A DNA stretch of 64,000 nucleotides, from contig JAGVBK010000003.1 of NCBI GenBank assembly GCA_020059745.1, forward strand, positions 68,492 through 132,491, read 5' to 3'. This document shows positions 28,193 through 37,030 of this stretch, one piece after another. A program made the position numbers and the translations under genes. Positions within the stretch are counted from its first letter, which is position 1. Each line of letters opens with the position of its first letter. Source of the DNA: Candidatus Shapirobacteria bacterium (GTDB lineage: Bacteria; Patescibacteriota; Microgenomatia; UM-FILTER-40-11). The notes under the pieces were generated by a model. The model was not told where the DNA came from and did no database searches. It saw only the letters and a program-made list of their open reading frames with translations.

Positions 28193-29854
28193 GTGAAGAA
28201 AATTATTTTAAGCTTAATTTTTATTTTAGCTCTTGGTTTAAGGGTTTACAGGGTTTCCGACTTTCCTGCTGGTCCTAATCTGGACGAGATTTCCCAGGGA
28301 TATACTGCCTATTCAATCCTAAAAACCGGCAGAGACGAATGGGGGGAATTTTTGCCCTTTTCACCCCGGGCTTTTGGAGATTACAGGGCCCCACTTTACA
28401 CTTACCTTATAATTCCCTCAATTGCCGTTTTTAACTTAAACGAGTTTGCCCTTCGCTTTCCGGCTGCGGTTTTGGGCAGCTTGGCAGTTTTAGTGCTTTA
28501 TTTTCTGGTAAAAGAGCTTTTTGGAGATGAAAAAATTTCACTTGCCGCTTCTTTATTATTGGCAATAAGCCCTTGGCATTTACCCCTTTCCAGGGGAGCT
28601 TTTGAGGCTTCTCTTCATGTTTTCCTTTTTCCTTTAGGAATGTTTCTTTTTTTAAAAGGCCTAAAAAAACATTTTTGGCTTTTCCCCTCGGCCGTTATTT
28701 TTGGCCTAAACCTATTTAGCTATTATGCGCCAAGGCTATTTACGCCTTTAGCGGTTTTGTTACTGGTTTATTTTTTTAGGAAAGAATTTTTTAAGAAAAA
28801 AGCAAACTTGGGTTTTATCTTTGTTTTTGGAACACTGTCTTTATTTGCCTTCTTTGCACTTTTAGTTGGCGGAACCAGGGTCTCTGACACCAGTCTTTTA
28901 AGCCCGACCGACAAATGGCAGTGGGTGGCAAACAGACAGTACGAGGCAGCTTGGAATGGTCTTTCTCCACTGGTAGAAAAAGCTTTTAATAATAAGGTTT
29001 CTTTTCTTTCAACTGTTTTTTATAAACAATATTTAGATTATTTTTCTCTAAGCTTTCTTTTTAGCCGCGGGCCGGCTGAAGCTACTTACGGCATGATTCC
29101 CGGACGCGGGGTTCTTTATCTTTTTGAACTGCCTTTGGTTTTTTATGGCATTTACCTTCTTATCAAAAGTAAGGAAAAAAAACAGGGTGTTTTGGTTTTA
29201 GCTTTGCTTTTAATTTCTCCTCTTTCAGCTGCTTTGGCAAAAGGAGAAAGAGCGGCAAATAGGGCTGTTACCATGCTGCCTCTTTGGCAGATAGTCTCAG
29301 CCGCAGGGGCCTTAGGGGTTTTGCAGTACTTTCAAAAATATGTTTCAAAAAAACTTTTGATATTTTTATTTGTTGCTTTTTCTTTTGTCTCTCTTGCCTT
29401 TTTCCTTGAAGACTATTTTTATCACGCTCCGGTGGTAAATGCTCCCAGTATGTCTTATGGCTGGAAGGAGGCGAGCGGCTATCTTTTAAAAGAAAGCAAA
29501 AACTATGACAAAATAATTGTCAGCAGAAAACTTTCGGAACCCCAGATTGCGGTTGCCTATTTTTTGAAAATGGAGCCTAAGACAGTGCAGCAATATTCAC
29601 CGGAATGGCTGGAATATGAGCAAAAAGGCCTTCTTTTTGTGGATCAATTGCAAAAATACAATCTTGACAAGTTTGAATTTAGAGATTTTCATTTTCCGGA
29701 AGACCAGAAATTGCCAAACACCCTTTTTGTTGGTAAACTTGAAGACTTTGCCGGGGTAAAAGGTGAAATTAAAAAGAAGGTTTATTATCCGGGGCCTGAC
29801 CAAAGGATTGCTTTAATAATTATGAGTTTTGAAAATGAAGAAGGCAGTAATTAA
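28193..29854 (+). CDS. ArnT/PMT-like GT-C glycosyltransferase
   Basis: GTG start; 'NLDEISQGYTAYSILKTGRDEWG', 'PWHLPLSRGAFE', 'SYGWKE'. Confidence 0.85.
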   Translation: MKKIILSLIFILALGLRVYRVSDFPAGPNLDEISQGYTAYSILKTGRDEWGEFLPFSPRAFGDYRAPLYTYLIIPSIAVFNLNEFALRFPAAVLGSLAVLVLYFLVKELFGDEKISLAASLLLAISPWHLPLSRGAFEASLHVFLFPLGMFLFLKGLKKHFWLFPSAVIFGLNLFSYYAPRLFTPLAVLLLVYFFRKEFFKKKANLGFIFVFGTLSLFAFFALLVGGTRVSDTSLLSPTDKWQWVANRQYEAAWNGLSPLVEKAFNNKVSFLSTVFYKQYLDYFSLSFLFSRGPAEATYGMIPGRGVLYLFELPLVFYGIYLLIKSKEKKQGVLVLALLLISPLSAALAKGERAANRAVTMLPLWQIVSAAGALGVLQYFQKYVSKKLLIFLFVAFSFVSLAFFLEDYFYHAPVVNAPSMSYGWKEASGYLLKESKNYDKIIVSRKLSEPQIAVAYFLKMEPKTVQQYSPEWLEYEQKGLLFVDQLQKYNLDKFEFRDFHFPEDQKLPNTLFVGKLEDFAGVKGEIKKKVYYPGPDQRIALIIMSFENEEGSN

Positions 29855-31475
29855 ACAAATAGGGTTAGTTTTATTGGTAGCTTTTTCTCTTTTTCTCAGG
29901 CTCTATAAAATATCAAGCTTGCCGCCTTCTCTTAATTGGGACGAGGTTTCTCACGGATTTAATGCTTTTTCAGTTTTAGAAACCGGAAAAGATGAATGGG
30001 GCCAAAGTTTTCCCTTAATTTTTCGAGCCTATGGCGACTATAAGCTTCCTTTATATATATATTTAACCTCTCTTTCAATAAAATTCTTCGGCTTAAACAT
30101 TTTTTCGGTTCGGCTTGTTTCCGCTTTGGCGGGAACAGGATTGGTGCTGGTTTCATATCTGATTGCTTTAAAGATTACAAAAAGCAAAAGCCTTTCCTTT
30201 TTTGCCGCTTTTTTAACAGCCGTTTCTCCTTGGAGTCTTTTTGTTTCAAGGGCCGGTCTTGAGGCAAACCTTGCCGCTTTTTTGTTTGCTTTGGGGGTTT
30301 ACTTTTTAATCAATTTTTTAGATAAAAGTGATTACAAAAAACTTTCTTATACCGCGTTTTTCTGGGGGCTTTCAGTTTATGCTTATAATTCTGCCAGGGT
30401 TTTAGTGCCTTTATTTGTGCTTTTTTGCCTGCTTCTTTTTATAAAGACCAAAGTAAGTTTTAGACATATTAAGTTGGGATTGATTGTTTTGTCTATTTTT
30501 TCCCTGCCGGTATTCGGTCAAATTTTTAATAAAACCGGGCAGGCCAGATTTAATCTTGTGGCCATTAACGACGAGGGCGCGGTGGCAAAAATTATTGAAC
30601 AAAGGCAAAACTCTAAGCTTGGTCCTTTTGTGACAAGGCTAATCTATAACCGGCCGGTAAATTTTTTACATACTGCTTTTAAAAATTACATTAGCAATCT
30701 TTCTCCTAGGTATCTCTTTTTAAGAGGGGGGAGCCATTACCAGTTTTCCATGCCCGACCATGAGCTTCTTTATCTGGTAATTTCTCCCTTTCTTCTCTTT
30801 GGCTTAGGCAGGTGTCTTTTCTCTAAAGAGGCAAAAGTTAAGCTGCTTTTTTTCTGGTTTTTAGCTGCTTTTATTCCCTCGGCAATAACCAAAGACGCAC
30901 CTCATGTTTTAAGAAGTATTTTGATTTTGCCGGCGCCAATGATAATAAGCGCATATGGGGTGGGAGGGATAACAGAAAGAATAAAAGGGAGGTCTTTGTT
31001 TAAAGGCCAGCTTCTTCTTTGGGTTTTAATTTTTGCTGTTTTAGTAAGTTTTGTCCACTGGTGGCAGGACTATTTTAATATTTATCCTAAAGCTTATTCT
31101 TGGGCTTGGCAATATGGTTACAAAGAGGCGGTTTTGTTTATGAAAGAAAACTACCAAAACTATGACAAAATTTTTGTAACCAAAAGGCATGGAGAGCCTC
31201 ACGAGTTTGTATTGTTTTATTTTGGCTGGAACCCACAGGATTATCAGAATGATCCTTTAAAAAAGTGGGATTACCATGCCGGTTGGTATTGGGTTGACGG
31301 TTTTGATAAATTTGTTTTTCTTAACGACTGGGAAGTTTCCGTTAAGGCAGCTTGCCCCAAAGCAGAAAAATGCCTGCTTGTTACCAGCCCCGGGAATCAT
31401 TCAAACGGTTGGTCAAAACAAAGTGAAGTAAAATTTTTGGACGGAAAAACAGCTTTTGAAATATTAGAAAAATGA
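29835..31475 (+). CDS. ArnT/PMT-like GT-C glycosyltransferase
   Basis: Probable ATG 29835; 'PPSLNWDEVSHGFNAFS.LETGKDEWG', 'WQYGYKE'. Confidence 0.85.
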   Translation: MKKAVIKQIGLVLLVAFSLFLRLYKISSLPPSLNWDEVSHGFNAFSVLETGKDEWGQSFPLIFRAYGDYKLPLYIYLTSLSIKFFGLNIFSVRLVSALAGTGLVLVSYLIALKITKSKSLSFFAAFLTAVSPWSLFVSRAGLEANLAAFLFALGVYFLINFLDKSDYKKLSYTAFFWGLSVYAYNSARVLVPLFVLFCLLLFIKTKVSFRHIKLGLIVLSIFSLPVFGQIFNKTGQARFNLVAINDEGAVAKIIEQRQNSKLGPFVTRLIYNRPVNFLHTAFKNYISNLSPRYLFLRGGSHYQFSMPDHELLYLVISPFLLFGLGRCLFSKEAKVKLLFFWFLAAFIPSAITKDAPHVLRSILILPAPMIISAYGVGGITERIKGRSLFKGQLLLWVLIFAVLVSFVHWWQDYFNIYPKAYSWAWQYGYKEAVLFMKENYQNYDKIFVTKRHGEPHEFVLFYFGWNPQDYQNDPLKKWDYHAGWYWVDGFDKFVFLNDWEVSVKAACPKAEKCLLVTSPGNHSNGWSKQSEVKFLDGKTAFEILEK

Positions 31476-33124
31476 AGTTGATAAAAAAATATTTATTTGT
31501 GGCAGTATTTTTGCTTGCCTTGTTTCTGAGGCTTTATAAACTGGGGGAGTTCCCAGTAGGTTTTTTGTGGGATGAGGCTGCTTTGGGTTATAATGCCTAC
31601 TCAATCTTAAAAACCGGCCGCGACGAATATGGGAAAGCCCTGCCCTTAATTTTTAAATCTTTTGGTGATCATAAGCCTGGTTTTTATATTTATTTGACAG
31701 TTCCCTCAGTGGCGGTTTTTGGTCTTAATGAGTTTGCCGTCAGGTTTCCTTCGGCGATTTTTGGCAGTTTGTCTGTTTTGTTTATTTACCTTCTTTTAAA
31801 AGAAAGAAACTTAAGAGTTGCTCTTTTTGCCTCGGCTGCCCTGGCTGTTTCGCCTTGGCATTTTTCTTTTTCCCGCGGCGCTTGGGAACTTAATGTGATG
31901 ACTTTTGAAATTCTCGGAGGCCTATATTTTTTAACCAAGTATTTAACTTTAAAAAAGGTTTTTCATTTGTACCTTTCTGCGCTTTTTTGGGTTATTACGC
32001 TTTTTACCTATCAGTCAGCCAAAGCCTTGGTTCCGGCGCTTTTATTTGGTTTTGTTTTCTTTTTTCGCAGAGAGCTTAAAGGAATTTCCCTTAAGCCAAA
32101 ATTCGTGTTTGCTGCTCTTTTTTTAGCTTCTTTTTTATTTTTTAACTTTCTCACGGCTACCGGTGGACGCTCAGGCAGAATTAAAGTGATGAGCGTTTTT
32201 TCTTACCCCCGTTCGCAGGAGGAAACCCAGGCGATTTTAGAACAAGATGAGGGAGACCGGGTAAGTTGGAAACTCTTTCATAATTCTTTGGTGTTTTTTA
32301 GCCGCGGTGTCTTGGGGCGATACTTAAACCACTTTTCAGGGAATTTCCTATTTTTTTCAGGGGATTGGTCTAATCCCAGAAATGGGGTTGTTTACCACGG
32401 CGTTTTATATCTTCCTGACCTGATTTTTGTAATTGCAGGGCTAGGGATACTTTTCAGCCGTAAAAGAGCACCTTCAGAAAACTTAATGCTTTACTGGTTG
32501 CTCCTGGCACCGCTTCCTTCTGCCGTAACCCGGGATATTATTTCCTCAGTCAGGTCTTTTACCATGGTTATTCCTTTTGTTTTCCTTATTGCCACGGGAA
32601 TGGACGGAATTCTCAATTTGCTTTCTAAAAAAAGATTTAAGATTGCAGGAGCAGTTACTTTTCTTTTAATTTACACTGTATTTTTTGTTCGTTTTCTGGA
32701 TCTTTATTTTATTCACGATCCAGAAATTAATGCCCAAGACCGCCTTTACGGGTACAAAGAAATGGTGGAATACATAAACCCGAGGGTACATACAAAAAAC
32801 AAAGTGGTGGTTACTTCAAAATACGGCCAACCCTACATTTTTTATCTTTTTTACACGAAATACGACCCGTCTTTATATCAAAAACAAGCCAGCCTTAAGG
32901 AAAGCGAAGTGGGTGATGTCGGCGAGGTTGAGAGAATTGACAACATTGAGTTTCGTAAAGTTTATTGGCCGGACGACCGGGGAAAAGAAAATTCGCTTTT
33001 TGTTGACGACGAATTTGGTTTGCCTATGCATGACCTTTTAGGGGAGGAAGAAAAGCATGTTATTCTTAAAGAAATAAAATACCCAAACCAAAAAGTAGCT
33101 TTTAGAATAGTGGAAACAAAATAA
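31472..33124 (+). CDS. ArnT/PMT-like GT-C glycosyltransferase
   Basis: 'FLWDEAALGYNAYSILKTGRDEYG', 'PWHFSFSRGAWE', 'LYGYKE'. Confidence 0.85.
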   Translation: MKLIKKYLFVAVFLLALFLRLYKLGEFPVGFLWDEAALGYNAYSILKTGRDEYGKALPLIFKSFGDHKPGFYIYLTVPSVAVFGLNEFAVRFPSAIFGSLSVLFIYLLLKERNLRVALFASAALAVSPWHFSFSRGAWELNVMTFEILGGLYFLTKYLTLKKVFHLYLSALFWVITLFTYQSAKALVPALLFGFVFFFRRELKGISLKPKFVFAALFLASFLFFNFLTATGGRSGRIKVMSVFSYPRSQEETQAILEQDEGDRVSWKLFHNSLVFFSRGVLGRYLNHFSGNFLFFSGDWSNPRNGVVYHGVLYLPDLIFVIAGLGILFSRKRAPSENLMLYWLLLAPLPSAVTRDIISSVRSFTMVIPFVFLIATGMDGILNLLSKKRFKIAGAVTFLLIYTVFFVRFLDLYFIHDPEINAQDRLYGYKEMVEYINPRVHTKNKVVVTSKYGQPYIFYLFYTKYDPSLYQKQASLKESEVGDVGEVERIDNIEFRKVYWPDDRGKENSLFVDDEFGLPMHDLLGEEEKHVILKEIKYPNQKVAFRIVETK

Positions 33125-34758
33125 TGATAAAAACAAAATCAGGAAAGATTATTCTTGTTTTGATATTTTTTTTAACTCTATTTTTAAGAACTTTCAAACT
33201 CAATGAGTTTCCGACTGGTCTTAATGCAGACGAGGCTGCTATTGGTTACAATGCCTACAGTTTAATTCAAACAGGCAAAGATGAGTTTGGCCATGCCTGG
33301 CCTGTTAATTTTCAGTCTTTTAATGACTTTAAGCCTGGTTTGTATTTTTATTTGGTTTTGCCGTTTGTAAAAGCTTTAGGACTTAATGAGTGGGCGGTTA
33401 GGCTTCCCTCAGCTTTGATGGGAACTTTAACAGTTGTTGTTTTGTATTTCTTGCTGAAAGAATTTTTTTCCAAAGAAGCAGCCTTGGTTTCAGCGCTGCT
33501 TTTATCTTTGAGCCCCTGGCATCTTCATTTTTCCCGGGGCGGTTGGGAAACAAACGCCGCTACTTTTTTCATTGTTTTGGGAATTTGGCTTTTTGTCAAA
33601 GCTTTTAAAAAGCCCGGTTTCTTTGTTCTTAGTGTTCTTTGTTTTGGACTTTCAATGCTTGCCTACCACAGTGCCAGAGTAGTGGCGCCGCTTTTGGGAT
33701 TGGGCCTGGTTTTTATGAATTTTTCCCAGGTTTTTGCAAAGAAAAACTTTAAATGGCTTTTGGCGAGTTTCTTTGTCGGCATTGTTTTTTTAATCCTTTT
33801 GGCCTCTTCTTTTCTAGGCGAAGCAGGAGCTTCGAGGTTTTCAGGAGTCGGCATTTTTGCCGACCAAGGGCCGCTCTGGCGGGTGAATGAGCTTAGAGGA
33901 CAGCACCCTGATCCTTTTTCCACTTTTTCAAAGTTAGCACACAACAAGTTTGTGGAATATTCTTTTCGCTTTGTTGACAATTGGCTGCGCCACTTTAGCG
34001 GTAATTTTCTATTTATTTCCGGTGACGAAATCCAAAGAAACAGAGTTCCGGAAATGGGCCAGTTTCTTTTAATTGAACTGCCGTTTTTAGTTTTTGGCTT
34101 TTACTTTTTATTAAGAAACAAACCAAAATTTTGGCTGTTTTTTCTTGGGTGGGTTGCCGTTGCTCCCATTGCTTCGGCTTTAACATTTCAGTCTCCCCAT
34201 GCCATAAGAGCCTTGAATATGGTAATACCATTGATTGTTTTAGCCGGGTACGGAATAACTCAATCATTTTTATGGTTGAAAAGTAAAACAAAACTGTATG
34301 GGGCATTAAGTATTATGTATTTGGTATTTTTTGTCTGGAATTTTAGTTTTTATTTACATCAGTACTATGTCCATTATCATAAAACCTATCCGGCAGCCTG
34401 GGAGGATGGCTTTAGAGAACTGGCTGGATATGTTTCTGGTAGAAAGGATGACTTTGAAAGAATTTATATCACCAACAAATATGACCAGCCTTATATTTTG
34501 ATGGCCTTTTATTTAAAATACCCGCCGGAAAAATTCCAAGAGCAAGCAGTGCTGACACCAAGGGACCAATTTGGCTTTTCTACCGTTGACCGCTTTGATA
34601 AGTTTTACTTTGGCCCAATCGATTATGAAAGCCTAAGCGGGCAAGAAAACATTATGATTATCGGTTCTTCCGGAGAGATACCCGATTCTGCTACAATAGC
34701 CAAGAGAATTTACTTTAGAGACGGAAAGACAGAGGCGTTTAGGATAGTTGAATATTGA
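33124..34758 (+). CDS. ArnT/PMT-like GT-C glycosyltransferase
   Basis: 'GLNADEAAIGYNAYS..TGKDEFG', 'PWHLHFSRGGWE', 'WEDGFRE'. Confidence 0.85.
   Translation: MIKTKSGKIILVLIFFLTLFLRTFKLNEFPTGLNADEAAIGYNAYSLIQTGKDEFGHAWPVNFQSFNDFKPGLYFYLVLPFVKALGLNEWAVRLPSALMGTLTVVVLYFLLKEFFSKEAALVSALLLSLSPWHLHFSRGGWETNAATFFIVLGIWLFVKAFKKPGFFVLSVLCFGLSMLAYHSARVVAPLLGLGLVFMNFSQVFAKKNFKWLLASFFVGIVFLILLASSFLGEAGASRFSGVGIFADQGPLWRVNELRGQHPDPFSTFSKLAHNKFVEYSFRFVDNWLRHFSGNFLFISGDEIQRNRVPEMGQFLLIELPFLVFGFYFLLRNKPKFWLFFLGWVAVAPIASALTFQSPHAIRALNMVIPLIVLAGYGITQSFLWLKSKTKLYGALSIMYLVFFVWNFSFYLHQYYVHYHKTYPAAWEDGFRELAGYVSGRKDDFERIYITNKYDQPYILMAFYLKYPPEKFQEQAVLTPRDQFGFSTVDRFDKFYFGPIDYESLSGQENIMIIGSSGEIPDSATIAKRIYFRDGKTEAFRIVEY
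34295..34329 (+). repeat. Possible third-family heptamer array (NGYATNN x5), in frame
   Basis: tgtatgg ggcatta agtatta tgtattt ggtattt; encodes LYGALSIMYLVF. Confidence 0.45.
34689..34697 (+). promoter_or_regulatory. Putative internal extended -10 promoter (TGcTACAAT) upstream of the four-helix-bundle cassette
   Basis: Identical to the motifs at 43172 and 52679; about 100 nt upstream of ATG 34797. Confidence 0.4.
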
Positions 34759-34803
34759 ACCATGAACAATGAATGCTGAACCATGAATATTGAAACATGA
34801 ACA
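34748..34803 (+). repeat. Heptamer array, family B (NTGAANN x8), left arm
   Basis: ttgaata ttgaacc atgaaca atgaatg ctgaacc atgaata ttgaaac atgaaca; spans the upstream stop, the whole intergenic gap and the start codon. Confidence 0.9.
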
Positions 34804-35171
34804 AGATTTTGAATTTTTACGACCTAGATGCATGGAAAGAGGGACGCAAATTAGTATTAATGAATTATAAATTAACGGAAAATTTTCCAGAAAAAGAAAA
34901 ATTTTGTCTGGTTTCACAAATGAACAGAGTGGCAATTTCAATAACTTCTAATATTGCAGAGGGATTTACGAGAATGGGGGTTAAAGATAAAACTAATTTT
35001 TATTATATGGCGAAAGCTTCTTTAACTGAATTACAAAATCAGTTTATCTTGGCTAAGGAGTTATCTTATGTCACTCCGAATGAATTTAATGAAACATGGC
35101 TGCAGACAGTTATAGTTCACAAATTAATAACAGGGATAATCAAAGGTGTTAATAATTTACATGGTTCATAG
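34797..35171 (+). CDS. Four-helix bundle protein (23S rRNA IVP / Avd-like family)
   Basis: 'FYDLDAWK...YKLTENFPEKEKFCLVSQM.R.AISITSNIAEG...FYYMAKASL.E..Q...AKELSY', the hallmark pattern of this family. Confidence 0.92.
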   Translation: MNKILNFYDLDAWKEGRKLVLMNYKLTENFPEKEKFCLVSQMNRVAISITSNIAEGFTRMGVKDKTNFYYMAKASLTELQNQFILAKELSYVTPNEFNETWLQTVIVHKLITGIIKGVNNLHGS

Positions 35172-35190
35172 TTCATGATTCATAATTCAA
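35156..35190 (-). repeat. Heptamer array, family B inverted (NNTTCAN x5), right arm
   Basis: tttacat ggttcat agttcat gattcat aattcaa; reverse complement of the left-arm units; contains the TAG stop and the next ATG. Confidence 0.85.
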
Positions 35191-36008
35191 AGCCCGAGCT
35201 TTCTGTTGCCTTGGCTACCTATAATGAGGAGCGTATTTTGACAGAATGCCTCTCAAGCATTAAGTCTATAGCTGACGAAATTGTGGTTGTTGACGGTTCT
35301 TCTCAGGATAAAACAGTAGAAATTGCCCGGTCTTTTGGGGCGAAAGTAATAGTTGAAGACAATAAGCCTATTTTTCATATTAACAAACAAATTGCGATTG
35401 ACGAATGCCGCGGAGACTGGATTTTGCAGCTTGATGCTGATGAAATTGTTACTCCTGAACTGGCCAGAGAGATAGAAAAAATTGTTAAGGCTTCTGATAA
35501 TCGATCACTGATGGCCGATAACCAACCCGTTGCTTTTTACATTAAAAGAAAAAAAATGTTTTTGGGAAGATTTATAAAAAAGGGCGGCCAATATCCTGAT
35601 CCGGTGATCAGGCTTTTTAAAAAAGGAAAGGCTTTTTTGCCTTGTAAAAGCGTTCATGAGCAGATGCAGGTAAACGGAGAAACCGGTTGGCTTAAAGAGC
35701 CAATGCTTCATTTGCCAACGCCAAGCTTTAGTGTCTATATTACCAAAGATAACCGCTACTCAACTTTAACTGCAAACGAATTCTATGATAAAAATTTGGC
35801 ACTAAATGCTCAAAGCTTTTTGACTTATGTTTTTGTAAAACCTTTTTTAACTTTCTTTTCTCTTTTTATTAGGCACCGCGGCTTTGAGGATGGCTTTCCC
35901 GGTTTTGTTTTTGCGCTTTTTTCGGGTCTTCACTATGTTTCTGCTTATGTAAAGTATTGGGAAATGAAGAATACAAAAAATAAAGATATTGAAAAAGACT
36001 GGAAATGA
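35175..36008 (+). CDS. GT2 glycosyltransferase (WaaE-like)
   Basis: 'SVALATYNEE', 'VVVDGSSQD', 'LQLDADE', 'YPDPVIRLF', 'VHEQ'. Confidence 0.9.
   Translation: MIHNSKPELSVALATYNEERILTECLSSIKSIADEIVVVDGSSQDKTVEIARSFGAKVIVEDNKPIFHINKQIAIDECRGDWILQLDADEIVTPELAREIEKIVKASDNRSLMADNQPVAFYIKRKKMFLGRFIKKGGQYPDPVIRLFKKGKAFLPCKSVHEQMQVNGETGWLKEPMLHLPTPSFSVYITKDNRYSTLTANEFYDKNLALNAQSFLTYVFVKPFLTFFSLFIRHRGFEDGFPGFVFALFSGLHYVSAYVKYWEMKNTKNKDIEKDWK
35493..35527 (+). repeat. Degenerate family-A heptamer array (5 units), in frame
   Basis: tctgata atcgatc actgatg gccgata accaacc; encodes SDNRSLMADNQP. Confidence 0.65.
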
Positions 36009-37030
36009 TAAGAGTAGGAATTGACCTAACCCCCCTTAATAACCAAAGTAAATATCGGGGCATTGGAAAATATACCCAAAGGCTGATTGCTTCCCTAAGG
36101 AGTGTTAAGGATATTGAGCTTACTTCTTTACCGAACGAAGCCGACATTGTTCATTACCCCTTTTTTGATTTCTTTTTTTTAACACTTCCTTTTGTTAAGC
36201 CTAAAAAAACAGTAGTTACCATTCACGACTGCATTCCCCTTGCTTTTCCCGACCAATACCCGCCAGGAATTAAAGGCAGGGCAAAATTTCTTATTCAAAA
36301 ACAATCTTTAAAAGGAGTAGAGGCGGTTATAACTGATTCTGAAAGCTCAAAAAAAGACATTGTTAAATACCTTGACTACCCAGCTGAAAAAATTTGGGTT
36401 GTTTATCTTGCGGCTGATCCTTGTTTTGGAATAGTGGAAGACAAAAAAGAAAAAGACAAAATTAAAGAAAAATATATGCTTCCGGATAAATTTGTCTTAT
36501 ATGTGGGAGATGTTAACTACAATAAAAACTTAAGCAACCTGATAAAAGCCTACAGCCAGGTAAAAGATAAAGCTGATTTGGTGTTTGTCGGCAAATCTTT
36601 TGAAAATAAAACTTTAAAAGAGGTTAAGGAAATACTTTTTTTAATAAAAGAGCTTAATTTAGAAAAGAAAGTTCATTTTCCGGGGTATATTCCTGACTCT
36701 GATTTAAAAGTTGTTTATAATTTGGCTTCAGTGTATTGCCTTATTTCTTTATATGAAGGATTTGGCCTGGGAGTGCTTGAAGCCATGAGCTGCGGCTGTC
36801 CGGTTGTCGCTAGTAAGCTCTCCAGTCTTCCTGAAGCTGCGGGAGACGCTGCCTTGCTTGTTGACCCTTATTCCAAAGATGAGATAGGTAAAGCAATAGG
36901 AAAATTATTGGGCAGTAAAAAAGAAAGAGAAGAGTATGCTAAAAAAGGCGTAAAAAGAGCTGGTCTTTTTTCCTGGGAAAAAGTTGCCGAGGAAACAGCG
37001 GAGGTTTACAAAAAAGTAGTAAAAAAATGA
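36005..37030 (+). CDS. GT4 glycosyltransferase
   Basis: 'RGIGKYT', 'VTIHDCIP', 'YVGDVNYNKN', 'YEGFGLGVLEAMSCGCPV'. Confidence 0.9.
   Translation: MIRVGIDLTPLNNQSKYRGIGKYTQRLIASLRSVKDIELTSLPNEADIVHYPFFDFFFLTLPFVKPKKTVVTIHDCIPLAFPDQYPPGIKGRAKFLIQKQSLKGVEAVITDSESSKKDIVKYLDYPAEKIWVVYLAADPCFGIVEDKKEKDKIKEKYMLPDKFVLYVGDVNYNKNLSNLIKAYSQVKDKADLVFVGKSFENKTLKEVKEILFLIKELNLEKKVHFPGYIPDSDLKVVYNLASVYCLISLYEGFGLGVLEAMSCGCPVVASKLSSLPEAAGDAALLVDPYSKDEIGKAIGKLLGSKKEREEYAKKGVKRAGLFSWEKVAEETAEVYKKVVKK

Noticed and set aside
34633-34941. 102-aa minus-strand ORF containing 'FNIHGSAFIVHGSIFN'
   Set aside because: Antisense shadow; open mainly because the family-B repeat is stop-free in that orientation
34797-35171. 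23S rRNA gene with an intervening sequence
   Set aside because: Flanks are intact glycosyltransferase CDSs; no rRNA-like sequence
34748-35190. CRISPR array or classical IS/MITE
   Set aside because: Units are 7 nt with no spacers; no cas or transposase gene; no target-site duplication recognised
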